Both the position numbers and the translations under genes were made by a program. Shown here piece by piece: positions 52,544 to 63,202 of a stretch of DNA of 64,000 nucleotides. The DNA is taken from the NCBI GenBank assembly GCA_036918135.1, contig JBALDB010000027.1, positions 1-64,000 of the forward strand. The letters run 5' to 3'. The DNA is from Nostoc sp. Lineage in GTDB: Bacteria > Cyanobacteriota > Cyanobacteriia > Cyanobacteriales > Nostocaceae. Under the pieces are notes generated by a model. It was not told the origin of the DNA and did no database searches. It was given only the letters and a program-made list of their open reading frames with translations. Position 1 is the stretch's first letter, and every line of letters begins with the position of its first letter.

Positions 52544-53158
52544 CAACAGCTTGGACTTTAGATGGAATCTAAAGTTTTTCTAATTACTTAATTTATGTTT
52601 AAATGTTGTCACAACTACATTTAAATTAATAGTCATATCAAGTTAACAACTTTCAGGATGCATCGAGCCAGCCTTAGAATTAAACGTCGTCTTACCTGCT
52701 CGTCCCTAATCTCAAAAGGGAAATCTGACACTTTTGTGCCAGTTTCTTCTTTGTCAGGAGAAGCTATACCTAGCTTGCTTCTTTTAAGGAAGGTAAGTTG
52801 CGATAGCCGAGGGTACTTGCTAACCTTTGGGATGCTCGCAGGCGAACAACTTTGCGAAAGTTCGCAATGTAGTATCTCTCCAACGCCCTGGCTCCTCAAT
52901 GGGGGAAACCCCGACACAGAAGCCTCCTCCCTAGCCTACAAAATAAGGACTATTTTGCCCGTCTGGAAGTGGATAGGTGAAAAACAAGGTGCTAGCAAGC
53001 AGCAGAGGAATGGCAACAAACACGTTTAAACTGAGGTCTCGTGTGCGTTATACAAGAATTTGGAACTGTGGCTCAGGAGAATCTAAACTTTACAAAAGTG
53101 TCCTCTCAAAAGTTGCAAAGCGCAAAAATCATCAGGCTCCCGATCTTGTTAAATTTAC

Positions 53159-53378
53159 ACGCCATTCGCCACAAGCTGGGGAAACCACGCCAGTTGCTCA
53201 TGGGGGAAACCACGCCAGTTGCTCACGGGGGAAACCACGCCAGTTGCTCATGGGGGAAATCACGCCAGTTGCTCATGGGGGAAACCCCCAAGACCGCACT
53301 GGCTCCCCAAAACCGCACTGGCTCCCCAAGACCGCACTGGCTCCCCAAGACCGCGCTGCCTCACCCAGGCGATGGCTC
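53159..53378. repeat. Nested array of a 44-nt element (A4B4) inside a divergent outer copy
   Basis: Four 25-nt left halves (53187-53286) followed by four 19-nt right halves (53287-53362). Confidence 0.92.
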
Positions 53379-53404
53379 CTGAAGTTGTTGACAGGAGAAA
53401 CACA

Positions 53405-54268
53405 ATGCCGGAATTAAAAGCTAAATCGCTGGAAATGAGGACACCCCAAGCAACTAAAACCGCCGTTCTGGTTATCGGAGGCGCAGAAGACAAAGTTCAC
53501 GGGCGCGACATCCTACGAACTTTTTTTGGACGTGCTGGTGCTAGTAAAGGCTATATTACAATTATTCCATCTGCCTCTCGCGAACCCGCTATCATTGGTG
53601 GTCGGTATATTCGGATTTTTGAAGAGATGGGTGCTCAGAAGGTAGAGATTTTAGACATCCGCGAACGAGAACAGTGTGAAGCCTCCCAGATTAAAGCATC
53701 CTTAGAAGCCTGTAGTGGGGTGTTTTTGACAGGAGGAGACCAACTGCGTTTGTGTGGCGTATTGGCAGATACGCCAGCGATGGAAATTATCCGGCAGCGG
53801 GTGAGGTCAGGGGAACTTACCTTAGCAGGCACTAGTGCCGGAGCGGCAGTGATGGGGCATCATATGATTGCTGGCGGCGGTAGTGGAGAGTCGCCAAATC
53901 GTTCTTTAGTGGATATGGCAACGGGCTTGGGATTTATTCCTGAAGTTATCGTTGACCAACACTTTCATAACCGTAATCGGATGGGGCGGCTGATTAGTGC
54001 GATCGCAGCTCATCCCGATCGCTTGGGTATTGGCATTGACGAAGATACTTGTGCTGTATTTGAACGTGATGGCTGGCTACAAGTTATGGGTAAAGGCAGT
54101 GTCACCATTGTCGATCCCACCGAGCTCACCCACACTAATGAACCTTATGTCAGTGCTAACGAACCTTTAACGGTGCATAACTTACGCCTGCATATCCTCA
54201 GCTATGGCGATCGCTTCCACTTGTACCAGCGCACTGTATTGCCTGCTGTACACCGAATCTCCAGCTGA
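53405..54268 (+). CDS. cphB: Cyanophycinase
   Basis: IGGAEDK, TGGDQ, GTSAGA, DQHF..RNR.GRL, GIDEDT; AGGAG SD. Confidence 0.97.
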   Translation: MPELKAKSLEMRTPQATKTAVLVIGGAEDKVHGRDILRTFFGRAGASKGYITIIPSASREPAIIGGRYIRIFEEMGAQKVEILDIREREQCEASQIKASLEACSGVFLTGGDQLRLCGVLADTPAMEIIRQRVRSGELTLAGTSAGAAVMGHHMIAGGGSGESPNRSLVDMATGLGFIPEVIVDQHFHNRNRMGRLISAIAAHPDRLGIGIDEDTCAVFERDGWLQVMGKGSVTIVDPTELTHTNEPYVSANEPLTVHNLRLHILSYGDRFHLYQRTVLPAVHRISS

Positions 54269-54771
54269 CGCGATCGAGTCTGTGAGGTTACACTGAGTTG
54301 ACTATAAATTTAGATTTGCCAGCAAAGGATTTTGGATTCAAAGAGCTTTTCGGTATGTGTTGGACTAACATCTTACTAAGCTAAGACAACAAAATGGACT
54401 AAACAAATCTCAAAGACGCTCCTTTTGCAAGGCACTTCTGTTTTAACTTTGCTAATCCCTACGCTATCGTAAATCTAATAATTACACACGAGTTGAGTAC
54501 CCTTGTGGTCTGTTTCAAATTCAAAAGACGCTCGCGGACTAGACGTGAGGTAACTATCCCCAATCCGTCTGGAAAAGCTTTGCTCAATGGAAACCTTTGC
54601 TCAAACTTTTCGCCAAATTCTTAAATTGGTTGATCGCTCATTTATTTCTTGCTGTAGAAAAATGATGAGAATACCATGTAAAAAGAAAAAACTGTTTACC
54701 ATGAACAGTTTAGCGGTTAATTCCAGTAAGAAACTAGAACTTTGGTTCCGAATCTCCATCTACCTATTCCC

Positions 54772-57477
54772 ATGAGAATCCTCAAGATCCAGACCTTACG
54801 CGGCCCAAACTACTGGAGCATTCGACGCCACAAGCTAATCGTCATGCGCCTCGATTTAGAAAACCTTGCCGAGACGCCCTCGAATGAAATTCCTGGCTTT
54901 TACGAAGGATTAGTTGAGGCGCTGCCAAGTCTGGAGGGTCACTATTGTTCGCCTGGCTGTCGCGGTGGTTTTTTGATGCGCGTGAGAGAAGGCACGATGA
55001 TGGGTCACATCGTGGAACATGTAGCACTAGAACTCCAAGAATTAGCTGGAATGCATGTCGGCTTTGGTCGCACTCGCGAAACTGCCACACCTGGAATTTA
55101 CCAAGTAGTAATTGAGTACTTGAATGAGGAAGCGGGACGTTACGCTGGACGAGCTGCGGTGCGGCTATGTCAAAGTATCGTCGATCGCGGTCGTTACCCC
55201 AAAGCAGAACTAGAGCAAGATATCCAAGACCTGAAAGACTTCAGCCGTGATGCTTCCTTAGGCCCTTCGACAGAGGCGATCGTCAAAGAAGCTGAAAAAA
55301 GAGGTATTCCCTGGATGGCTTTAGAAGCCCGCTTTTTGATCCAGCTAGGTTACGGCGTCAATCAAAAGCGGATGCAGGCAACAATGACGGACAACACCGG
55401 CATTTTGGGCGTAGAACTAGCTTGCGACAAAGAAGCCACCAAGCGCATCCTCGCAGCCGCAGGGGTGCCGGTACCTAGAGGTACAACGATCAACTTTTTG
55501 GACGATTTAGAAGAAGCCATTGAATACGTTGGCGGCTACCCGATTGTGATTAAGCCCCTTGATGGGAATCACGGACGTGGTATCACTATTGATATTAGAA
55601 CCTGGGAAGAAGCTGAAGCTGCTTATGAAGCTGCCAGACAAGTTTCTCGCTCGATTATCGTCGAAAGATATTATGTTGGGCGCGACCATCGGGTACTGGT
55701 AGTAAATGGCAAAGTAGTGGCAGTAGCCGAACGCGTGCCAGCTCATGTAATTGGTAATGGCAGATCCACCATCGCCGAATTGATTGAAGAAACAAATCAA
55801 GACCCGAATCGCGGCGAAGGGCACGATAATGTCCTGACCAAAATTGAACTAGACCGCACCAGCTACCAACTGCTAGAAAGGCAAGGCTACACTTTAAATA
55901 GTGTACCAGCTAAGGGTACAGTTTGTTACCTGCGGGCAACAGCTAACTTGAGTACAGGTGGCATTGCCGTAGACCGCACCGACGAAATCCACCCAGAAAA
56001 TATTTGGTTGGCACAAAGAGTAGTAAAAATTATCGGTTTGGATATCGCTGGCTTAGATATCGTCACCTCGGATATTAGCCGTCCCCTACGGGAAGTAGAT
56101 GGCGTGATTGTCGAGGTTAATGCTGCTCCTGGGTTTAGGATGCACGTTGCCCCTAGTGTTGGCATTCCCCGCAACGTTGCTGGTGCGGTGATGGATATGC
56201 TCTTCCCCAACGAACAATCTAGCCAAATTCCGATTCTCAGCGTCACGGGTACCAATGGCAAAACCACTACTACTCGACTGTTAGCACATATATATAAACA
56301 GACTGGAAAAGTAGTAGGATATACTACAACTGATGGTACGTATATCGGTGATTACTTAGTAGAATCTGGCGATAACACAGGCCCCCAAAGTGCCCATCTG
56401 ATCCTGCAAGACCCGACAGTAGAAGTAGCAGTACTAGAAACAGCTCGCGGTGGAATTCTCCGCTCTGGGCTGGGCTTTGAAGCAGCAAATGTAGGTGTAG
56501 TATTGAATGTAGCCGCCGACCACTTAGGAATAGGCGATATAGATACCATCGAACAATTAGCTAACCTCAAGAGCGTAGTCACAGAAGCCGTATTCCCTGA
56601 TGGTTATGCAGTACTCAACGCTGACGATCGCCGCGTCGCTGCTATGTCAGAAAAAACTAAAGCCAACATTGCTTACTTCACGATGAATCCGGACTCGGAA
56701 TTAGTGCGAAAGCACATTCAAAAGAGCGGAGTCGCAGCGGTATATGAAAATGGGTATCTGTCCATTGTCAAAGGCGATTGGACACACCGTATAGAAAGAG
56801 CAGAAAATATACCTTTAACAATGGGCGGACGTGCGCCGTTTATGATTGCCAACGCCTTAGCAGCAAGTTTGGCAGCGTTCGTGCAAAACGTCACAATTGA
56901 GCAGATTCGTGCTGGTTTGAAGACCTTCCGAGCTTCCGTAAGTCAAACGCCGGGGCGGATGAATTTGTTTAATTTAGGCAATTATCACGCTTTAGTGGAC
57001 TATGCCCATAACCCAGCAAGTTACGAAGCAGTGGGTAGTTTCGTGCGGAACTGGACTACCGGACAACGTATTGGCGTAATTGGCGGGCCGGGCGATCGCC
57101 GTGACGAAGACTTTGTCACCTTGGGCAAACTAGCAGCCCAAATTTTTGACTACATCATCGTTAAAGAAGACGATGACACTAGAGGAAGACAACGGGGATC
57201 GGCTGCTCAGTTGATTGTTCAAGGCATTACCCAAGTCAAGTCTGATAGTCGCTATGAATCAATTTTGGATGAAACACAAGCGATTAACAAAGGCTTAGAC
57301 ATGGCACCAAATAACAGCCTAGTGGTAATTTTACCAGAAAGCGTAAGTCGGGCAATTAAATTAATTAGAGGGCGTGGTGTAGTTAAAGAAGAAATACACC
57401 AACAAAATAGTGGTACAGCGCTCGTCGATTCCCAAAATGGGGTCGCACCTTCTTCTGTAGTCAATAGATTGCTGTAG
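54772..57477 (+). CDS. cphA: Cyanophycin synthetase
   Basis: LRGPNYWS, ATP-grasp KPLDGNHGRG / EVNAAPG, Mur-like GTNGKTT, ETARGG, DYAHN. Confidence 0.98.
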   Translation: MRILKIQTLRGPNYWSIRRHKLIVMRLDLENLAETPSNEIPGFYEGLVEALPSLEGHYCSPGCRGGFLMRVREGTMMGHIVEHVALELQELAGMHVGFGRTRETATPGIYQVVIEYLNEEAGRYAGRAAVRLCQSIVDRGRYPKAELEQDIQDLKDFSRDASLGPSTEAIVKEAEKRGIPWMALEARFLIQLGYGVNQKRMQATMTDNTGILGVELACDKEATKRILAAAGVPVPRGTTINFLDDLEEAIEYVGGYPIVIKPLDGNHGRGITIDIRTWEEAEAAYEAARQVSRSIIVERYYVGRDHRVLVVNGKVVAVAERVPAHVIGNGRSTIAELIEETNQDPNRGEGHDNVLTKIELDRTSYQLLERQGYTLNSVPAKGTVCYLRATANLSTGGIAVDRTDEIHPENIWLAQRVVKIIGLDIAGLDIVTSDISRPLREVDGVIVEVNAAPGFRMHVAPSVGIPRNVAGAVMDMLFPNEQSSQIPILSVTGTNGKTTTTRLLAHIYKQTGKVVGYTTTDGTYIGDYLVESGDNTGPQSAHLILQDPTVEVAVLETARGGILRSGLGFEAANVGVVLNVAADHLGIGDIDTIEQLANLKSVVTEAVFPDGYAVLNADDRRVAAMSEKTKANIAYFTMNPDSELVRKHIQKSGVAAVYENGYLSIVKGDWTHRIERAENIPLTMGGRAPFMIANALAASLAAFVQNVTIEQIRAGLKTFRASVSQTPGRMNLFNLGNYHALVDYAHNPASYEAVGSFVRNWTTGQRIGVIGGPGDRRDEDFVTLGKLAAQIFDYIIVKEDDDTRGRQRGSAAQLIVQGITQVKSDSRYESILDETQAINKGLDMAPNNSLVVILPESVSRAIKLIRGRGVVKEEIHQQNSGTALVDSQNGVAPSSVVNRLL

Positions 57478-57741
57478 TCAAAAGTCAAGGGTTAAAAGTC
57501 AAAAAGAAGGGTGTGGGGGTGGCTGAGTGGGTGTGGGGAAGAAATCAGTATGAGCTTGTACCCACACTGATTTAAGACCACCCTTGAGCAGAAATTTTGG
57601 TAGGGGCTTGTACCCTATTGGTTTCGGTGTGGAGTGTAAAAATAGAGAACGTTTTTTCTTCTTTCCCCTACCCCCTAAACCCCACACCCTACACCCTAGT
57701 TTTAGTCAAGTATCTAAAAGTTTTTGACCCTTGACCCTTGA

Positions 57742-57915
57742 CTATTGTTTGTCTTGTTCCGGATTGGTTTCGTCACTGGGAGCTTTCATCTCCTCTTTAA
57801 AGCCGCGTAGGGTTTTACCCAGTGCAGTTCCCAGTTCAGGAATTTTTTTCGACCCAAAAATGAGAATAGCAACTATCACAATTACACCGAGTTCCGGCCA
57901 TCCTAGTCCAAACAT
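57742..57915 (-). CDS. tatA: Twin-arginine translocase TatA/E (57 aa, absent from the ORF track)
   Basis: MFGLGWPELGVIVIVAILIFGSKKIPELGTALGKTLRGFKEEMKAPSDETNPEQDKQ; GAGG SD. Confidence 0.92.
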   Translation of the reverse strand: MFGLGWPELGVIVIVAILIFGSKKIPELGTALGKTLRGFKEEMKAPSDETNPEQDKQ

Positions 57916-57991
57916 ATAACTTTCCTCTAAGGCATCTGTAATTAAATAGCGATCGCTTGCTCAACAGAGCAAGGTGGGTATGGGGACGGAA

Positions 57992-59389
57992 CTAACTTCC
58001 CATTGGATTAGTAATTGGCAAACCTAAGCAATTACTTAATTCATGAGCTAACCATTCAAGTTCCGCTTCAGTAATAGCAGTACTCATATTACCAAGTTGA
58101 TATTTTTTTACTCCTGTCCAAATATCTAATTGTGCTGGAACGCTAATTCTATTGCCTTGAGTGTCTCTAGTAAAATGTTTCGGTATGTAAACCAACTTTG
58201 TAATACTTTGTCTTGGGGATGTGCGGGGACGATAAAATTTCCAGGCAAATAGATCCCAAGTTAAAGAAATTTGTTCGGAATTTAGGCGTAAGCTGATGCG
58301 TCCAAATAGATGAAATAAAAATTTATACACCATTAAAAAACCAGCGCCCCAAAAGGGAAGCGAGAACAAGGCAAAGGGAATGTTGACAGGAAAAGGGGCT
58401 GAGAGAGCGCCAATTGTCCAAAAGAGGATAAATGAATTCCAGGCGATCGCAAATAAACCTGTAAATACTATTGATGGTTCAAAATCAGCTGGTGGAACGA
58501 TAATTTCTAGAGAATCCTGATTTTTCGTTAATTGAATCTTACTCCCATCTGGTTTGCTAACAACCACAACAGGCGAACTTGATTGTGGTTTCTCTAAAAG
58601 TGCGATTGCAACAGCAGCAGAACTCAAACGCTTTTCTAAATTAGGTTCAACCATCTGCTGTAACCAATTAGTAAAGCTGGGACTGAGATTAGCCGTTACC
58701 TCAAACTGAATGCGAAAATCCTTTTGGGGTAAATCGGCTGGATGAGTACCTGTCACCAAATAAATTAAAGTTGCACCTAAGCTATAAAGGTCAGAAGCCG
58801 GAACCGTACGCCCGCCAAATTGCTCCTGTGGCATATAGCCATAGGTTCCTACTACAGTCCTAGTCCCGGTTTCTGTGGCCAGGACAGTTTGCACCGAACC
58901 AAAATCGATTAGATAAACTTCACCGACACTATTACCAGAGCGATCGCCCAATAAAATATTGCTAGGCTTAAGATCGCGGTGAATTACAGGCGGATGCAAT
59001 CCATGTAAGTAAATCAGAATCTCTAAAATAGCTTTGGCTATTTGTTTGACTTCAGCTTCGGTAAAAGTCCGCCCAGTTTGTAAATATTGCTCTAAAGTTT
59101 GTGCTGGAATATAAGTTTGTACTAGGGCAAATCCTTTGATAGTTGGGGAATTGACCTCAAAATAATCTAAATAGCTTGGGATAAAGGGATGTGACAAAGA
59201 TTTTAAAGTTTGGGCTTCTCGCTCAAACAGCTTGAGTGAATCCCATTCAAAGTCACTACTAAAAGAGAGTAACTTGATGACAACTAATTCTTGAGCTTTC
59301 AAGTCACGCGCTAACAGCGTTTGCCGTCCTGCTTTTTTTCCCAATAGTTGCTGAACTTCGTAACGCTCTCCTAATATTTGACCTATCAT
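57992..59389 (-). CDS. Hanks-type Ser/Thr kinase with C-terminal TM region
   Basis: VVIK, HRDLKPSN, DFG, GTYGYM, DLYSLG. Confidence 0.93.
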   Translation of the reverse strand: MIGQILGERYEVQQLLGKKAGRQTLLARDLKAQELVVIKLLSFSSDFEWDSLKLFEREAQTLKSLSHPFIPSYLDYFEVNSPTIKGFALVQTYIPAQTLEQYLQTGRTFTEAEVKQIAKAILEILIYLHGLHPPVIHRDLKPSNILLGDRSGNSVGEVYLIDFGSVQTVLATETGTRTVVGTYGYMPQEQFGGRTVPASDLYSLGATLIYLVTGTHPADLPQKDFRIQFEVTANLSPSFTNWLQQMVEPNLEKRLSSAAVAIALLEKPQSSSPVVVVSKPDGSKIQLTKNQDSLEIIVPPADFEPSIVFTGLFAIAWNSFILFWTIGALSAPFPVNIPFALFSLPFWGAGFLMVYKFLFHLFGRISLRLNSEQISLTWDLFAWKFYRPRTSPRQSITKLVYIPKHFTRDTQGNRISVPAQLDIWTGVKKYQLGNMSTAITEAELEWLAHELSNCLGLPITNPMGS

Positions 59390-59443
59390 AAAAAGTGATT
59401 TTCTTAATTATTCTAATATTTTTATCTATAAAATATAAAGACT

Positions 59444-60838
59444 TTACTCTCTGGTAATTGGTATATCTAACCAATCACTCAATTCTTGAGCTAGCCATTC
59501 AATTTCTGGTTCTGAGTTAATCACACCATTAGCACCAGCTAGTTGATATTTCTGTACTCCTGCCCAAATTATTAATTGAGGCATAACATTAACTTCATTA
59601 CCAGTTCTTGAGTCTCTTTCAACCTGTTTTATAATGTAAACTAACTTATGTATATGCTGTCTTGGTGAAGGACAGATACGGTTGAATTTAAATCCGAATA
59701 ACTCATCTTTAAAAGTAATTTGCTGCCGATCTAGGCGTATACGGATGCGTTTCAATAACGGAAAAATAAATCTAGATATCTTTAAAAAACAAGCATTGTA
59801 AATAATAAATACAGTCAAGATGTAGGTATTAGAAGGATATAAGAAAAGGAGTATCGTCCACATTAGGGTAACGAAACTAAAGAAGAATACTTCTACACCT
59901 TCAGATGTACATAATGTTGATAAATTAAGCCCAACAGGTGGAACAATAATCTCTAAAAAATTCCGATTCTTTTTGAGTTTAATTTTGCTACCAACTGGCT
60001 GAATAATATTTAAAGTTCTAAGGCTTTCAATTTGCGGTTCATCCAAAGCTTCTAGTGCAGCACTTGCAGAACTAAAACGCCGTTCTAAACTCGGTTCAGT
60101 CATCGACTTTAACCAGCGAGTCAAGCTAGGACTGAGATTAGCTACCTGCTCAAACTGAATCCGAAAATCCTTTTGTGGTAAATTCGCTGGATGAGTACCT
60201 GTTAGCAAGTAAATTAAAGTTGCGCCCAGACTATATAAGTCAGATGCTGCAACAGCGCGTTCGCCAAATTGTTCTAGTGGCATATAGCCGTATGTTCCTA
60301 CTACAGTTCTTGTCCCGCCTTCTGTAGCCAAGACAGTTTGCACCGAACCAAAATCTACTAGGTAAACTTGACCGACACTATTACCAGAACGTTCTCCCAA
60401 TAAAATATTGCTAGGCTTAATATCACGATGGATTACAGGCGGATGTAACCTATGTAAGTAAATCAAAATCTCCAAAACTGCCTTAGCTATCTCTTGGCTT
60501 TCAACTTCTGTAAAAGTCCGCCCAGATTGTAAATATTGCTCTAAAGTTTTTGCTCTTATATAAGTTTGTACCAGAGCAAATCCTTTGATAGTTGGTAAAT
60601 TTACCTCAAAATAGTTTAAATAGCGAGGTATTAAGGGATGTGCTAGGTTTTTTAAAGTTTCGGCTTCTCGCTCAAACAGCTTGAGTGAATCCCATTCAAA
60701 GTCACCACCAAAAGAAAGTAACTTGATGACAACTAATTCCTGAGTTTTCAAGTCACGAGCTAATAGCGTCCGCCGCCCTGCTTTTTTTCCTAATAGCTGC
60801 TGAACTTCGTAGCCTTCGCCTAATATTTCGCCAATCAT
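59444..60838 (-). CDS. Hanks-type Ser/Thr kinase, tandem paralogue
   Basis: HRDIKPSN, DFG, GTYGYM; kinase domain highly similar to neighbour. Confidence 0.93.
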   Translation of the reverse strand: MIGEILGEGYEVQQLLGKKAGRRTLLARDLKTQELVVIKLLSFGGDFEWDSLKLFEREAETLKNLAHPLIPRYLNYFEVNLPTIKGFALVQTYIRAKTLEQYLQSGRTFTEVESQEIAKAVLEILIYLHRLHPPVIHRDIKPSNILLGERSGNSVGQVYLVDFGSVQTVLATEGGTRTVVGTYGYMPLEQFGERAVAASDLYSLGATLIYLLTGTHPANLPQKDFRIQFEQVANLSPSLTRWLKSMTEPSLERRFSSASAALEALDEPQIESLRTLNIIQPVGSKIKLKKNRNFLEIIVPPVGLNLSTLCTSEGVEVFFFSFVTLMWTILLFLYPSNTYILTVFIIYNACFLKISRFIFPLLKRIRIRLDRQQITFKDELFGFKFNRICPSPRQHIHKLVYIIKQVERDSRTGNEVNVMPQLIIWAGVQKYQLAGANGVINSEPEIEWLAQELSDWLDIPITRE

Positions 60839-60932
60839 TATGGTTTGTGATAACGCTACGTTTAAAAAGTTTTCATAGCTTATGGCTTTACAATCTGGTC
60901 TGCCAATATCTTTAGTATAATTGCGTAGTTTT

Positions 60933-61535
60933 ATGCCCTCCCAACTTTGGCCTTACATTACCCCAGGTATTCCCGATGAATTGTTCGAGCATTTGCCAGG
61001 AATTCCCTTCAGCCAGCGAGAAGTCCGACTGTTGTTAATTGCTCAACTGCGGCTACAACCAAATTCAGTGTTGTGGGACATTGGTGCTGGGACGGGTACA
61101 ATTCCTGTAGAGGTAGGCTTGCTGTGTCCAAAAGGCAAGATTATTGCTGTAGAAAGGGATGAAGAAGTAGCTAATCTGATTAAGCGTAACTGCGATCGCT
61201 TTGAAGTCAACAATGTCGAAGTCATTGAAGGTAGCGCCCCAGAGTGTTTGCAGGATCTTAAGGTCACCCCTCACCGCGTTTGTATTGAAGGAGGACGCCC
61301 AATTCAGGAAATTTTGCAAGCTGCTTGGCAATATTTACCGACATCAGGTCGGGTTGTAGCCACAGCTGCTAATCTAGAAAGTTTGTATGCTATTTCCCAA
61401 AGTTTTTCGCTATTAAGGGCTAGAAATATCGAAGTCGTTCAATCTGCGGTTAATCGCTTAGAAACACGCGGCTTTTCTCAAACCTTTACCGCTGTCGATC
61501 CCATTTTTATCCTCAGTGGTGAGAAACTGGATTAG
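60933..61535 (+). CDS. cbiT: Cobalt-precorrin-6B C15-methyltransferase
   Basis: GIPD..F, REVR, WDIGAGTG, GSAPE. Confidence 0.92.
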   Translation: MPSQLWPYITPGIPDELFEHLPGIPFSQREVRLLLIAQLRLQPNSVLWDIGAGTGTIPVEVGLLCPKGKIIAVERDEEVANLIKRNCDRFEVNNVEVIEGSAPECLQDLKVTPHRVCIEGGRPIQEILQAAWQYLPTSGRVVATAANLESLYAISQSFSLLRARNIEVVQSAVNRLETRGFSQTFTAVDPIFILSGEKLD

Positions 61536-61686
61536 GGACTGGGGACTAGGAACTTGGGACTAAGAATTAGCGAAGAGTTTTCCTAATCATCAATACTCAA
61601 TGCCCAATCCCTAATACCCAATCCCCATTACCCCTTATCCCCAGAGGGGGCCCCACCTTCCCCAGTCCCCAGTACCCAATACTTCT

Positions 61687-62577
61687 ATGCCTTGGTCTCG
61701 GATTATTAGTGGAATTATTGCGATCGCTCTTGCTCTTTGTGTGACCCTTTTGGGGGGTTGGTACTTTACCATCATGTTTGCGGTTGTGGTCTTTTTGGGT
61801 CAACAAGAATATTTTAATTTGGTGCGAGCTAGAGGCATTGCTCCTGCTGCTAAAACAACTATCGCAGTTAGCCAAGTTTTGCTGGTGATTTGTACCCTTG
61901 ATGGCAGTTTAGCTGATGCTGTGATGCCAATAGCTGGCACATTAATTTGTTTTTATCTGCTGTTTCAACCCAAATTTGCCACTATCGCGGATATTTCCGC
62001 TTCAATTATGGGGCTATTTTACGTTGGTTATTTACCGAGTTACTGGGTGCGGTTACGAGCGATTGATAGTGCTGCTTTTAGCAATCTCCCTTTCGGAGGC
62101 TACTGGCCCACAACTTGGACAGATTTCTGCCAAAAGGCAAATTCTACCTCTTTACCACAAGGTTTGACAGCAACGCTGCTGACTTTGTTATGTATTTGGG
62201 CAGCCGATATTGGTGCTTATACTATCGGCAAATTCTTTGGAAAAACCCGTTTATCGGATATTAGTCCGAAAAAAACCGTAGAAGGTGCTGTGTTTGGTAT
62301 TACCTCAAGTGTCGCTGTAGCTTTAGCTGGAGCTTACTATCTGCACTTGCCTAAATCTGTGTTTACTGGCCTGGCATTGGGTTTACTGATTGGCATAGCT
62401 AGCCTTTTAGGGGATCTCACCGAGTCTATGCTCAAACGAGATGCCGGAGTCAAGGATTCGGGACAGTTAATCCCTGGCCACGGTGGTATTTTAGACCGTA
62501 CTGATAGTTATATTTTTACAGCTCCTTTGGTTTACTATTTTGTTACACTACTTTTGCCACTACTCGCAGACGGGTAA
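61687..62577 (+). CDS. cdsA: Phosphatidate cytidylyltransferase
   Basis: ISPKKTVEG, GDL.ES.LKR..GVKDSG.LIPGHGGILDR.DS. Confidence 0.96.
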   Translation: MPWSRIISGIIAIALALCVTLLGGWYFTIMFAVVVFLGQQEYFNLVRARGIAPAAKTTIAVSQVLLVICTLDGSLADAVMPIAGTLICFYLLFQPKFATIADISASIMGLFYVGYLPSYWVRLRAIDSAAFSNLPFGGYWPTTWTDFCQKANSTSLPQGLTATLLTLLCIWAADIGAYTIGKFFGKTRLSDISPKKTVEGAVFGITSSVAVALAGAYYLHLPKSVFTGLALGLLIGIASLLGDLTESMLKRDAGVKDSGQLIPGHGGILDRTDSYIFTAPLVYYFVTLLLPLLADG

Positions 62578-62849
62578 GATTGTCGCGCAAACAGTGCTGA
62601 ATGCTGAGTTAACTTCAGTTCAATACATTCTGAAGAAACCCGTTTCTATTCTTCTAAGAGAAACGGACAAAGGCTAAAAAAAACCCTATTCTTTCGTACA
62701 AGTTGGAGATTTTTTACCCTGACCTTTGTCGGGTTGGGGTTAAGTTCCGTTGAACTCAAGTTGAGTTAGGAGCCTGACTACAGACGTTTGGGTTGCTTTG
62801 CTTAGGAGCAAGCGCACAGGCGGCACACCACCCGCTACGAATAAAATTC

Positions 62850-62940
62850 AGGACTTACGCAAAAATAACGCAATTCTGTCATTGCGACCAGAGGAAAGCA
62901 ATCGCAAAGCCTTATTTTTAGTCACGAGTGCGTAAGTCAT
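62850..62940. mobile_element. MITE-like element
   Basis: AGGACTTACGCA / TGCGTAAGTCAT TIRs; related single ends at ~2040 and ~9836. Confidence 0.65.
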
Positions 62941-63202
62941 AAAATAAACAAGTCAAATCCTCTTCCCTTCTGACTTCTGCCTTCTGCCTCCTGCCTTGTT
63001 TCTTGAGAGTTAACAGTTAAAAGTTATGAGTTACAGCCGTAGTCACACTCTTTAGGACATAAGGATAGGGTGAAAGAAGAGAGTTAGCAATAGTTTTACC
63101 TCCTGCCTCCGCGCTAAAGCCTCCTGCTATACTCTCGCCCTACACTTCCCACATCCCAATAAACGCTATATTATTTAAAATTAGATATTAACATTTTGAA
63201 TC

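Noticed and set aside
52977..53404. ORFs 52977..53417, 53041..53382 and the N-terminal extension of cphB
   Set aside because: Products of the nested repeat; the true cphB start has an SD before ATG 53405
55471..55484. NtcA-like GTA-N8-TAC inside cphA
   Set aside because: Explained by coding sequence (VPRGT); no independent promoter evidence
57731..57919. 62-aa + strand ORF
   Set aside because: Antisense shadow of tatA
57992..60838. Diversity-generating retroelement acting on the kinase pair
   Set aside because: No reverse transcriptase or template repeat; differences are not adenine-specific
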